Shown here piece by piece: positions 12,401-21,495 of a stretch of 38,711 nt of DNA. Both the position numbers and the translations under genes were made by a program. Positions within the stretch are counted from its first letter, which is position 1, and every line of letters begins with the position of its first letter. Origin of the DNA: Corallochytrium limacisporum Hawaii. Its lineage: Eukaryota > Protista > Pluriformea. The notes beneath the pieces were generated by a model, which was given only the letters and a program-made list of their open reading frames with translations, had not been told where the DNA came from and made no database searches. Location: NCBI GenBank assembly GCA_002811645.1, contig PDIP01000101.1, positions 80,400 to 119,110 of the forward strand. The letters are read 5' to 3'.

Positions 12401-12591
12401 AGCGGTATCATCAAGGGAAAGAGATATGGAAAGACCTGATGCACTCGCTCCTCAACGAAACGGATCCGGACCTGCTTGGGTACGCAAGTCGTCTATACGG
12501 ATTTATGAGGGACCCAAGTCAGCGTGGTCGTGTGCACCAGCTACGATCATTGTTTGCGCGTGAACGCGGTGCCATCCAGGACAGCCGGTAA
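9409..12591 (+). CDS. BUB1: Spindle-checkpoint MadBub (Bub1/BubR1/Mad3 family) kinase
   Basis: WEHSKENVAPVKKGR KEN box, TPR domain (DPLPIWISYLQW, NDMRYLRIW), ABBA motifs, second KEN, CDI SPTINTKAA, LSPIIE, and a kinase domain with GEGAFARVY, ALKVQKPPCPWEFY, HGDVKSDN, IDFGRCIDL. Confidence 0.95.
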   Translation: MSLHEDQHAWEHSKENVAPVKKGRSVTKINAVLRQMAQDPLGDGAVAGKLDREKKEWEQRVTVALQEEEDPLPIWISYLQWIEETNLSDTNKLLNALEQCCRQFQDDPRFTNDMRYLRIWLGYSDMVDNPIDNYKHMKARGIGLSHAIFWESWALQAEAVSDNRTAQEVYDEAIRSRAQPHQRILNAQEAFQRRLMNKIKLDTEQGTTTVRPSQRPGRTALASLGFQRGNDGTQTPMVQSIRQARAIGGVQQNMPSAGFAIFDDENAPPSARSQSKPAMVPGHLPSARLASKENAPAVSRMAGQRVELSRGVRNPATERPDFTLYEEERPAAQIDKPLHQRKQQANKALQPVRGAEGSGDLARNPLGRMRATEPTKSVLKTSYDVSLLRDALSGIEKTFEMHRAKAWITKNGPIPNKPTQEGVIPAKSILKETVEDEADSDNAMSMTDVHVVPPAAEQLAFKPAPKVMRSPVPVHAAPVRTQLSDDDDDYTAEPTATIASPTINTKAALADVYSMFSEDLAEPTEEITLSNAQDRFEAAMRSSGQIAAVTSTVAPAATRSTVQDDGDDFAIFEDDAEAGSKKCSNELQHETVERSTFSSGVDHGLSPIIESNSETDSIGQRQQQQRMGISQQIMEAVTEEKTGEVEASHAASSDPSPVVVKESPQPKGALIPIFTKEEQQRAVDRIMDDVELLPSFSDISECEGPPLPTFNNNTGRIVTRANCPITIGGEIYHPTALLGEGAFARVYLVTKASEKDAERTGWFKIEDLNRSVFALKVQKPPCPWEFYAMHTVHQRLKSCGTSKATAAQRWYVDPEVCTLHEDGSYLAMEYHSHGSLLDAINVHYHGAASTSASSMDEMLAAYYTVELLRALHTLHSDVQMFHGDVKSDNVLIRDVDAYDSTWEDAPEDEEIWPTPGMIVFIDFGRCIDLKLYGPHDHFTGSCETEGMECVEMREGRPWRRQVDTYGLAGIIYQLLFGKEMEIVHDANSGAWRPRENLKRYHQGKEIWKDLMHSLLNETDPDLLGYASRLYGFMRDPSQRGRVHQLRSLFARERGAIQDSR

Positions 12592-12735
12592 GACTACCTG
12601 CCCCGGAATCCAAACCCCGGTCGTACAGGCATTCTAATTGACCTAAGCACAGTTTATCCGTTTCGTCTAAGATTAAAATTTACATAGTACCCTGATTGTT
12701 ATAATTCTCTTTCTTTAATCCATAAGGTCATGGTC

Positions 12736-13008
12736 TCATTCATCATCACTGGCAAGTTCTCCTAGTGCGGCATAGATGGCTACCAATCTGCTGTCGCTCC
12801 GTGCCCGCTTCAATTCTGCGTCGATTCTGCCCCGGCTGATCCCGAACGCTCGTCCAAGATCTTTCAAGACACGCTGCTCTTCCCTGCCCAGCTCTTTGCC
12901 GCGTGCGATCATGGCATCTACGCACATGGCAAGGGCTTTTTGCTGCATGAGGGCCACCTTTCGGTGAGCTTCTCGCGGTGTCAAGCTGGAACCGATAGGT
13001 TCAGACAT
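12736..13008 (-). CDS. Small stand-alone ENT (EMSY N-terminal)-domain protein
   Basis: 90-aa ORF with accATG context. The pattern L..REA.R....Q..A....V.A..A.G.L..E...L.DL...F.IS..R..AE..RA..D.RL..I follows the EMSY ENT domain as I recall it, over nearly its whole length. Confidence 0.75.
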   Translation of the reverse strand: MSEPIGSSLTPREAHRKVALMQQKALAMCVDAMIARGKELGREEQRVLKDLGRAFGISRGRIDAELKRARSDSRLVAIYAALGELASDDE

Positions 13009-13385
13009 GGTTCTTCTACCGACTAGTTTAATCCCGGCACACTACAGTACTCTGCTACCTCTTCCAGTAGCTTGCATTCTGTATAGTTGCCGTAGAACAG
13101 CCGCATTTCTGCTCACCAAATAGCAGTTCTGCATTCGGTAGGTCCATAGGACACCACCTTGTTTTCAAAACGCTCGCGCGGATTTGTGGTCCGGATGGGA
13201 GGGAACAGGTTGGTGCTTGCGGTTGTGCGGGGTACGGACGAGGACAAACGTTGATGGGATGGCAAGGATACTACAAAGATTCGGCAAAAACTTCTTTATG
13301 TGTAAAGACTATTTGTGTGCATTTTAAATTTGTCTGTGAGTTTCGAATTGCACTTCTCTGTTGTTTCAATCTACAGCTCACAGCC

Positions 13386-15341
13386 TTAGTCAATCTTAAC
13401 CATGGCATAAATTTTCAGAACAAAGGCAAGACAGGCAATAAAGCCGACGGCACCGCACATCACAAACAGAAGCGACGCCAGCATGCTCATATAACCAAAG
13501 TACAGGAACCCATTTGTGAATCCTTCCATGTCTAAATTGCCCCAGTAGTAGACTATACTATAGAGCATGAAGTAGAAAGCTGTCGCCCCCCCGGTCAGGA
13601 AGGAACGCCACCACCACCGCCAATCTTCTGCACACAGGTGGAAGTAGCAAAGCAGGATTGCCACTTCGGCCGTGGTCACGATCAGAATGACGAAAACCAG
13701 GAAAAGGAAACCAAAGATATAGTAGATACGGTGGTGCCAGATACTTGCCAAAATGAAGTAGAGTTCGATGAAGATGGAACCGAAAGGCAGGATACCACCT
13801 GTCAGGATGGACGGACCGGCACGCATGTAGAAGGGTTGCTCAGGGATCTGACGCGGGATCTGGTTGGTGCGGACGGGCATGGAAATGGGTTCTTTCTTGA
13901 AACCCAAGAAGGCACCAAGGAAGCACAACGGAACAGAAATACAGAACCATAGGAGCATGAGCTCGAAGGTGGTCAGTGCCGGAACCGCATTGCTGCTGTC
14001 ATTGGACCACAAGGCAATGTTCAGAATGAAAAAGAGCAAAAACATGAAGCCAGGGAACAGGAATGCGGTCATGATCACGTTGGTCTTCCATTTCTCACCG
14101 CCAATCATCTTGTAAATACGAGCGCTGACATAACCGGCGGGGGCAGCCCAGCCCACAAAGAGAACCAACAAGGCTATAGCCAAACTACCACCATTAGCCG
14201 GACTCAGGAAACCTAGCATAGCAAATGCAATCGTCACGCCCAACATGAGCATAACCTGTACTCCCGAGCCCGCCAATACCGAGAGGAGCATACCGTAGCT
14301 CGGAGACCGGAAAACATCGCCATGCACCAATTTCCAGCCGAATTCTTCCTGAGCCTCTTCTGCACTCAGATCTGCTGCATTGTAGCGGGCCAGATCACGA
14401 TGGATTGTGCGTAGTAGGATCATAAAGACCATCCCGGACAGGAACAACACAATTACCACGGAGTTCACGATGGAGTACCAGTGGATGCGGTCCTGTTGGA
14501 TCTTCAGGAAAGGTTCCCATCGGGTCCGCCATGTCACATCTTCCCGCTTCTTCCATTCTACACTGTACGTGTACATCACAGTCATTTTGTTATTTTCGGT
14601 CTTGTCCAGGACCAGCCATTGCGGTCCCTTCTCGGTGTCGGTATCGCAACTCGCACAACCCATCTTATTGCCCGCCTGCCCACAAGCAGTGACCTCCTTG
14701 TCAGAATGAGTCATGCTTCGGGTTACTGCATAGACACCGACAATGCGGCCACCTTCAGCGCCCGCATCGCCCTCCTCCCAGGCAGGGTGATACTCAATAT
14801 TAAAAGTAATGTGGTTGTTCAAAATGTAGGTGTTCTGTTCAGGGATCAAGTGTCCTAGACGATATCCCAGGCTGTAGATTTCATTATCGTGACGCTGGAT
14901 CACGGGCAGGTTGTCAACCATAGCGTGCACAAAGTATTGCTCCCTAATGGCGAGTTGCAGTTGCTTGATCTTGCCCAAGTCACCGTCCCGTTCAATGTCA
15001 TACTGTTTGATGCACAGCACCTTGCAGTGTTCATTCTCCTGAAACTTCAGCTCGTAGTCACTGCTTTTCAGGCGATCTCCAAAGACAACTTGTCCAAGGT
15101 TTTCATTGAAGTTCTTAACCTCCTCCGGTTGGCAGAAGTCAAAGTGATAGTAGTCATATTGCAGGACACTCTCCGAAGAGTCCAATTTGTTGACCCACAA
15201 ATTGACCAAGTCTGAAAACTTAAAAGTTTTAGGTGCTACACCGGGTAGATAAAAGGCGTTTGAAGGCGTGACCAGTGCCAAAAGCACAGCCAACCAAAGC
15301 AACGCAAAGGTTGCAACGCTGGTGTTCCGACACCGCCCCAT
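13386..15341 (-). CDS. Transmembrane 9 superfamily (nonaspanin/Emp70) protein, TM9SF2/4-like
   Basis: Signal peptide then AFYLPGVAP; IHWYSIVNS; EEFGWKLVHGDVFR; PVRTNQIPRQIP; GGILPFG; AEDWRWWWRSF; C-terminal KID. Likely ATG at 15341 (alternative 15374; the track opens at non-ATG 15440). Confidence 0.95.
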   Translation of the reverse strand: MGRCRNTSVATFALLWLAVLLALVTPSNAFYLPGVAPKTFKFSDLVNLWVNKLDSSESVLQYDYYHFDFCQPEEVKNFNENLGQVVFGDRLKSSDYELKFQENEHCKVLCIKQYDIERDGDLGKIKQLQLAIREQYFVHAMVDNLPVIQRHDNEIYSLGYRLGHLIPEQNTYILNNHITFNIEYHPAWEEGDAGAEGGRIVGVYAVTRSMTHSDKEVTACGQAGNKMGCASCDTDTEKGPQWLVLDKTENNKMTVMYTYSVEWKKREDVTWRTRWEPFLKIQQDRIHWYSIVNSVVIVLFLSGMVFMILLRTIHRDLARYNAADLSAEEAQEEFGWKLVHGDVFRSPSYGMLLSVLAGSGVQVMLMLGVTIAFAMLGFLSPANGGSLAIALLVLFVGWAAPAGYVSARIYKMIGGEKWKTNVIMTAFLFPGFMFLLFFILNIALWSNDSSNAVPALTTFELMLLWFCISVPLCFLGAFLGFKKEPISMPVRTNQIPRQIPEQPFYMRAGPSILTGGILPFGSIFIELYFILASIWHHRIYYIFGFLFLVFVILIVTTAEVAILLCYFHLCAEDWRWWWRSFLTGGATAFYFMLYSIVYYWGNLDMEGFTNGFLYFGYMSMLASLLFVMCGAVGFIACLAFVLKIYAMVKID

Positions 15342-17005
15342 TGTTACCGGTGATGTGATTTCGAAGGTTGTCATTGAGTAAGAATACAGGGTATTCAATA
15401 ATTTGTCAAAGTTTTCCTGATGTACGTGAACAGACGTCAAAAAGACAGAGAAATCCTAAGTCCAAGACTATTTCTTCGTTTGTCTGTGTCACAAGCGTTT
15501 TTAATGTTTTAGCGAGAGAACCCCCGACTTTACCCGTGCTCGGCCGTGGCCCGTCTCTCAGGCAGCTCCGCGAATAACCAGGAAAACTCCGTTACCTACC
15601 CTACGACTGGGGGAGGTGCAAATGTTGGGTACCCACCAACCTCTGCACCTGGGCCAGGCAACAAAACAGTGGGGGGGGGGGTTTTGAGTTGGGTTGTCGC
15701 AAAACCGCTGTGCTCCTCGCAACCACGCTTTGTCATTCCTGGGGGGGGGAAGATCCCTCCAGGGCCTTTTACCGACATTGCCCCCAACTCTGTTAACTCC
15801 AACTTACTCCCTTCCCCCATCACAAACCTCACACCAGCGCTCCCAGAAAAGGAAAACACCCCTTTTACCTGCCGGACCTGCCCGTCTGTGAAATACTCCT
15901 CCCCCCCCCCAATGAATTCATTTGGATTTAATTTGGGTGATTTTAGGGTATCAGTTAGTTAGTTTGAAGGGCAGGCGACCCCGCCCGGTACATTGATCGG
16001 GGCAGGACTCGCCACCCAGGCGCTCCCGGGGAGTATAGCCACCGGAGCCGAGACGAAACGTTGAACTTCACTGGTGAAGAGCTATTGTGAACTTCCTCAT
16101 TGGTGTCCACGGAACGGGCTCTGGTTCTTTAGGTGTTACGTCTAACTCAATCCCCTTTCAGCATTTCTATATCATCATGCAACCGACTGTTCCACACTAT
16201 CCACCGCGGTGTTATCCCGTACTTGACTGCCGTACACGACACTAAGTCCAACCTACTGGAACGATGACAACCTTACCTGTGACGTCTTCAGCTCCACTCC
16301 GATCCTTCTGCCTTCTTTCTTCTTTCTTTGGGATTCTGATGGTCCTAATATCTCGTCGCAACTGTCCACGGGCCCGTGCCTGGTAGCCATTCTGCGTCAG
16401 TGTACTTCACCCACAGTTGCGTGGTACATGGCTTGCGGTATCAAAGGCAGTCACTTGACCATCGCTTGCCTGAAAAGCCGTTCATGATTCTTGAGGACTA
16501 CCAGTGTCTGTCTCCGTCCTTTTGCGGAGTAAGTCCTATTTTGCCGTTCTTCCAAATTGAAGACACATAAACCTACACACTGTAGTCCCGGCACAGAGCT
16601 ACACGCCTTAATGTTAAAGAGATGCGTTTAGTGGAATCGATAATTCATTTGAACTATCCATTAAACCCATGTCCAGGCCATGTCCACCACAACTCCGTAG
16701 CTTCAGCTCACTCCTACTCTCCACTGCCCCGACCACTGTTTCCGGGCTGGTGCGCGTAGGGACGAGAGGCCCTCTCCCTTACGGCTGTGGTGAGGGCGGG
16801 TTTGAGTGGAAATTAAGGAGCGAGCCGGGTGGTCCGCCCAAGCGAATCCGGACGTCTGAAAAACAGGCGTGTTTTGCCTTTCTGAGGCGTGCAGTTGTTG
16901 AGCAGTGCTGCGTACTTAACAATCAAAGCAAGTACGTGTTGATCATGGATAACGCCGTACGCAAATGGGAATTAGTAGGTCATTCAAGTTTCTGGTTTCA
17001 TAGAA

Positions 17006-18394
17006 ATGCACTGGATACGTCAGCTCACTCGCAGCCGGCAGAACATCAATTGGGCATGGCAGGTGGAACGGCGGTTTCACACGACCTCTTCTTCTGCGCT
17101 AGCGGCTTGTGAGGGACCTACGGCTAGCTGTAGTCCTTGTGCTGGCAAGTATGACTTTGTGATCGTCGGGGGTGCTGTCATGGGCTGGTCGACGGCGTAC
17201 TGGATGAAAACCTTGACGCAAGGATCGGCGAAACCGCCCTCTGTGGTCGTTATCGAGCGCGATTCCACTTACCGTCACAGCACTACCGCAGCTTCGCTTG
17301 GAGGCTGTCGATTTCAATTCAGTGCGGCCGAAAATGTCCAAATGAGTCAGTTTGGAGCGGCTTTTCTCAGAGAAATTAACCGGCATCTGGGAATTGCTCC
17401 TTCCGATCCTGTTGACGTGGGATTCCTGCCGCGACGGTATCTATTTCTCGGAGGGGAGCGTGACCAACCGCATTTTCGAGAGAATGTCAGTGTTCAGCGG
17501 TCGTGTGGTGTCGAAACTGAGTTCCTCACTCCGGCAGAAACAAGAGATCGATATCCCTGGCTCGCAGTGGATGACCTCTCCCTTGTACTGGTAGGTCAGG
17601 AGGGCGAAGGGTGGTTCGATCCACTTTCCCTAGTCCATGCTTTCCGGTGTAAGGCACAGAGCCTGGGTGTAGATTACATCGCCAATGACACGGTGAACGG
17701 ATTTACCCTGGACCAGCAAGGCACACGCATTACTCAGTGTCACACCATGACTGGCCTAACCATCGAGCCCAATGTGGCTGTGGTGAACGCAGTGGGAGGT
17801 GACGCAGGTGCCGTCGCGCGGATGGCAGGCATCGATGATGTCGACATCTCGCGTCGTAAACGGCAATGCATGGTCTTTGAATGCAAACGGAACTCAGATC
17901 ATCCCTTGCCGGACATAGATACGTCACCGCTTGTGATCGATGCGGCTCAAGACTATCTGTACTTCCGCAGAGAAATGAGTGGTCTATACGTTGTGGGCCG
18001 CTCCCCAAAGCCGGGCGAAGACGATCCGGCGATTCAGGATCCGACTGATCCCCAGAGCTGGGAATTAGACTACGATCTTTTCGAGAATGACTGGTGGCCA
18101 GCACTTGCGCATCGTGTACCGGCATTTGAAGGTCTGCGACTGGTCAACGGTTGGATCGGACACTACGACTTCCACGCCCTAGACCAGAACGCAGTGTTGG
18201 GTCCACATCCAGAGATTGGTAACTTCCACTTCATCGCTGGCTTCAGCGGACATGGAATTCAACATGCTCCAGCAGCAGGGCGTCTGTGTGCGGAACAGTT
18301 GCTGTATGGGAAGACGTACCTCCTCGATATCAGTCCATTCCGCTACGACAGGATCCGGAACAGCAGTAGGACGGCTGAGATGAACATCATCTAA
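17006..18394 (+). CDS. FOXRED1: FAD-dependent oxidoreductase FOXRED1-like (DAO/sarcosine oxidase family; complex I assembly factor)
   Basis: Presequence; DFVIVGGAVMGWSTAY; VIERDSTY..STTAASLGGCRFQFS..EN; EGWFDP; WPALAHRVPAFE; DQNAVLGPHP; GFSGHGIQHAPAAG; ends EMNII. Confidence 0.88.
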   Translation: MHWIRQLTRSRQNINWAWQVERRFHTTSSSALAACEGPTASCSPCAGKYDFVIVGGAVMGWSTAYWMKTLTQGSAKPPSVVVIERDSTYRHSTTAASLGGCRFQFSAAENVQMSQFGAAFLREINRHLGIAPSDPVDVGFLPRRYLFLGGERDQPHFRENVSVQRSCGVETEFLTPAETRDRYPWLAVDDLSLVLVGQEGEGWFDPLSLVHAFRCKAQSLGVDYIANDTVNGFTLDQQGTRITQCHTMTGLTIEPNVAVVNAVGGDAGAVARMAGIDDVDISRRKRQCMVFECKRNSDHPLPDIDTSPLVIDAAQDYLYFRREMSGLYVVGRSPKPGEDDPAIQDPTDPQSWELDYDLFENDWWPALAHRVPAFEGLRLVNGWIGHYDFHALDQNAVLGPHPEIGNFHFIAGFSGHGIQHAPAAGRLCAEQLLYGKTYLLDISPFRYDRIRNSSRTAEMNII

Positions 18395-18605
18395 CACAGA
18401 GAAGGGCATTTCAGCTTTAAGTGGAGGGAGTGCTTGGAGGTATATTATTTTTAATGATTTTGTATTATAACAATCCCTGAAAATGATGATAAGGATTTCG
18501 TATGACAAGAATTTGCGATTTGTGCTGGATTAGGTTTCCCTTTGGAGTTCTCGTACCGGAACAAACTACTACGTCAAAAAAAAATGGTATTGGAAATGTC
18601 TTTAC

Positions 18606-18896
18606 TTACTTGCTTTCTTCAGTCTTTTCAACTTCGTCCGTAACCAAGGGCGAGTGCTTCACCTGCTGCTCGCCGGGGTGCGGGATGCTCTCCGGTGTCG
18701 GCACAGCCGTTCCGAGTTTACCCAGCTGTGGTTTCTGCGCGCCCTGTTGCGTCATGGCCCAGTCTCCAGAGTCGAAGAACTTGCGTTCGCCTGGCTTATT
18801 TAACCGCTTGTCCATGAGATTTTTCTTCATAGGGAGCTTGCCGTAGCGAGCCTTGAGCTTCTCCTCTTCGGTCTTGAGGGCCTGTGCGTCAGCCAT
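18606..18896 (-). CDS. ENSA: Endosulfine/ARPP19 family PP2A-B55 inhibitor
   Basis: KLKARYGKLP..K.L..KRL...ERKFFDSGDWAM Greatwall/Rim15 phosphosite motif; AVPTPESIP. ATG at 18896. Confidence 0.92.
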   Translation of the reverse strand: MADAQALKTEEEKLKARYGKLPMKKNLMDKRLNKPGERKFFDSGDWAMTQQGAQKPQLGKLGTAVPTPESIPHPGEQQVKHSPLVTDEVEKTEESK

Positions 18897-19570
18897 GATT
18901 CCACCTGCGCTCAAATACAGACAGTGCTTTGGTTGAACTTCGATCAGCTTTTGCCCTAGTCCTTTCTTGGAACTGTTTTCTTATGTTCGAAATTGCTTTA
19001 ATGAACAGCCAGTCTGGTCCTCGTGTGTAGCCTGACTTATTACCTTTATTGCAAGTCTTTTAGAGTCGCTGATTTTCTTCCTAAATTTGTCGCTTTTCCT
19101 AGTTCATAGTCCGATGTTGTTCTATTTCGCGACATTCTTCGACAGCTTCAATACCAGCATATGGTCGAATCATACAACTACATGGTCTTATTTCATTATT
19201 GTGACCAATTCAACAAGAATTCAGGAATAATCACATCCAAGACTGGAACCGAAACAACAGTTCATTATGTCAACTTAGCGCAACTGCCGCCACAAAATTT
19301 ACGATCTTCGAATTGGCAAAAGCACGGCCGCAGAAATTTTCAGCGGGGAGAGGACACACTGCCGATGGAGGAGGGAGGGGGATTTTAGTTAACGATTGGC
19401 AATGGGAGGGGAGGATTAAGTACCGCATTTCCCGTCCCGACGCAGCCATCCCCGGGATACAACTCTCCCCCCCCCCCTCGGCCCCAACCATAACGCGAGC
19501 GAGCGAAAATGCAAAAGCGCAAATGCTGCTGGTCACATCACCGGAGAAAAGCGCCGGAGCGCGCATGAGC

Positions 19571-19598
19571 GGGTGGGGAGTGGGAGGGGGAGGGCGGG
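19571..19598 (+). promoter_or_regulatory. Canonical G-quadruplex-forming motif in the ENSA/MRPS18 divergent spacer
   Basis: GGG T GGGG AGT GGG A GGGGG A GGG C GGG: six G-tracts with 1-3 nt loops. Function is not shown by sequence. Confidence 0.55.
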
Positions 19599-20412
19599 AC
19601 CAACAATACCGAAAACAAAAAAAAAAAAAAGGAAAAAGAATTCAAAGAAAAAATTGGACCACGGGGCCCTTGCAGCCAGCCTCGCGCCACACACACATCC
19701 GGCGGGGGAGCCGGTCGGGTGTTTTACTGCACCGAAAGAAAACAAGACAAGAAGAAAAGATAAAAGAGCTCTCTCTGTCTTTGTCTCTCCGAGGGAGCTG
19801 CACACAGTTTGTATGGTGAGGTCTCGTCGCCCGGCTTGGCACTTTTGTACTACGGTGCCAACCCAACGGTCCCTGTTTTGCCTCTTTGCTCCTCCAGTCT
19901 TGGCCCAAAGGTTGGAATATTCTGTATATCTGTATATAACGTACCAGGAGAATACAACGAATCATTACTTTGTGTTCCAGAGAAGTGGTTCATTTGTTGG
20001 TATTAAAGTTAATTGATTCAGTTTGATTGTCTCCGGGGCGGGAGTGGAGCCCTTGGGAGGGGGGGAGGGGAGCCTCGCGTGGCTGTCTCTGCAAGGCTGT
20101 GCAGTACGGCGATTGGAAACGGGCACCGCGGGGGGTTGGGAGTCACAGTTGTTTCTTCGAAGACAATATAATAATAATCTGTCGGCAAGGTCTGTATATC
20201 TACTATTCTCTCTTATCGTGATGAATCGTGGGCCATGATGATGTAGCTATTGGTACTTGGTGCGACAGATCCATGTATCTTGGATGGAGTTGACAAAGGT
20301 GTCGTAGACACGTGATTGCGATGGACACACAGTCCCAGAGGACTACAATATGTAATCGGGACAGGTAGATTTTAATATTTTTAGTTCATTGGAAGTAATT
20401 CATTAGGCCATC

Positions 20413-21495
20413 ATGAGCGCCCTTGCACTAGCAAGTTTGGTGCGTTCGACAGCCAGGTCGCTGCGGATAGGAAGTGCCTCTAATGGATCAACACATGTCA
20501 CACGAGTCGTAGTAGCCCGATGGCAGCAGTGCGGCTTTGCAAACCAGTCTTCATCCGACGACGACGGATCCAGTTCATCACCAGATATAAGTCATACCCA
20601 AGATTCGCAGAGGGTTCGGGAAGCTGCAGAAGCAGACCCTGCTGTCCGCTACTCGTCCACCGGAATCATTGAGCATGAAATTGGTTCTGAGGGGCTCAGC
20701 AAGGACACCTTCCTCGGAGCACGGGCCGATGACGAAGAAGCAGACGTCGCCAGCACCGGTGGCAACCCAGATGATGACTGGCTCCTGACTGCAGCAGAGC
20801 TGAAAAAGAAACATGGCAAATGGTACGACCTTTCCATTGGTACTCCTCTCGGTGCAGATCTGCAGAACCCGGACATTCGGCCGTACTTTAAGAATCCACC
20901 AGGTCCAGACGACGATGTCGTGGGCTATGGTCAGCCCCGGTACGAGGACAATGTTCTGCGATACGAATATTGCCCAGTTTGTTCCAGTGCACAGCCGCTG
21001 GACTACAAGAACGTCTACTTCCTGTCCAAGTTTGTAAGCTCCGATGGCCGCATCCTGCCTCGGAGCGTAACTGGCGTTTGCAAACGGCAACAAAAGCGTC
21101 TGACCAGGGCCATCAAACACTCTCGGTCCGCAGGCTATATGCCTTACACTGGTAAACTCTACTTTGACGAGAGTATGCCGGACTTTGCAGTCCCTCGTCT
21201 GCCCCCGAAGACGAACCTAGAGAGCCGAGCCCGTGAGGCCATTGCCAGGCGGAAAAAGATCGCTGAGCAGCGTGACTCGTCCTTGGGCGACCTCATTGGC
21301 GGTGCTAGGCGCAAAACAAAACGACGTGCCGCTGACAATGAACAGCAAGTCGCAACAGCGGAGGATAGTGTTGAGAGGGATGACGAAACCTTTACGGAGG
21401 TGGCAGGAGCAGCGGGCGAGACACCTGAGATGCCCTCTTCCCCGGTGGCTCCCCAAGAGCAGTCCAACGTGAACGCTCCCAAACCACAAGCATAG
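20413..21495 (+). CDS. Mitochondrial ribosomal protein bS18m family (MRPS18-like) with long extensions
   Basis: Presequence MSALALASLVRSTARSLR; core CPVC...LDYKNVYFLSKFVSSDGRILPRSVTGVCKRQQKRLTRAIKHSRSAGYMPY. Confidence 0.9.
   Translation: MSALALASLVRSTARSLRIGSASNGSTHVTRVVVARWQQCGFANQSSSDDDGSSSSPDISHTQDSQRVREAAEADPAVRYSSTGIIEHEIGSEGLSKDTFLGARADDEEADVASTGGNPDDDWLLTAAELKKKHGKWYDLSIGTPLGADLQNPDIRPYFKNPPGPDDDVVGYGQPRYEDNVLRYEYCPVCSSAQPLDYKNVYFLSKFVSSDGRILPRSVTGVCKRQQKRLTRAIKHSRSAGYMPYTGKLYFDESMPDFAVPRLPPKTNLESRAREAIARRKKIAEQRDSSLGDLIGGARRKTKRRAADNEQQVATAEDSVERDDETFTEVAGAAGETPEMPSSPVAPQEQSNVNAPKPQA

Noticed and set aside
15764-15772. GCCTTTTAC, matching U5 snRNA loop I
   Set aside because: Flanks do not form the closing stem and no Sm site or other U5 structure is evident.
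16580-16594. CTGTAGTCCCGGCAC, resembling the SRP/Alu 5' domain or an ACTACA promoter motif
   Set aside because: No further SRP structure; a match this short is expected by chance.
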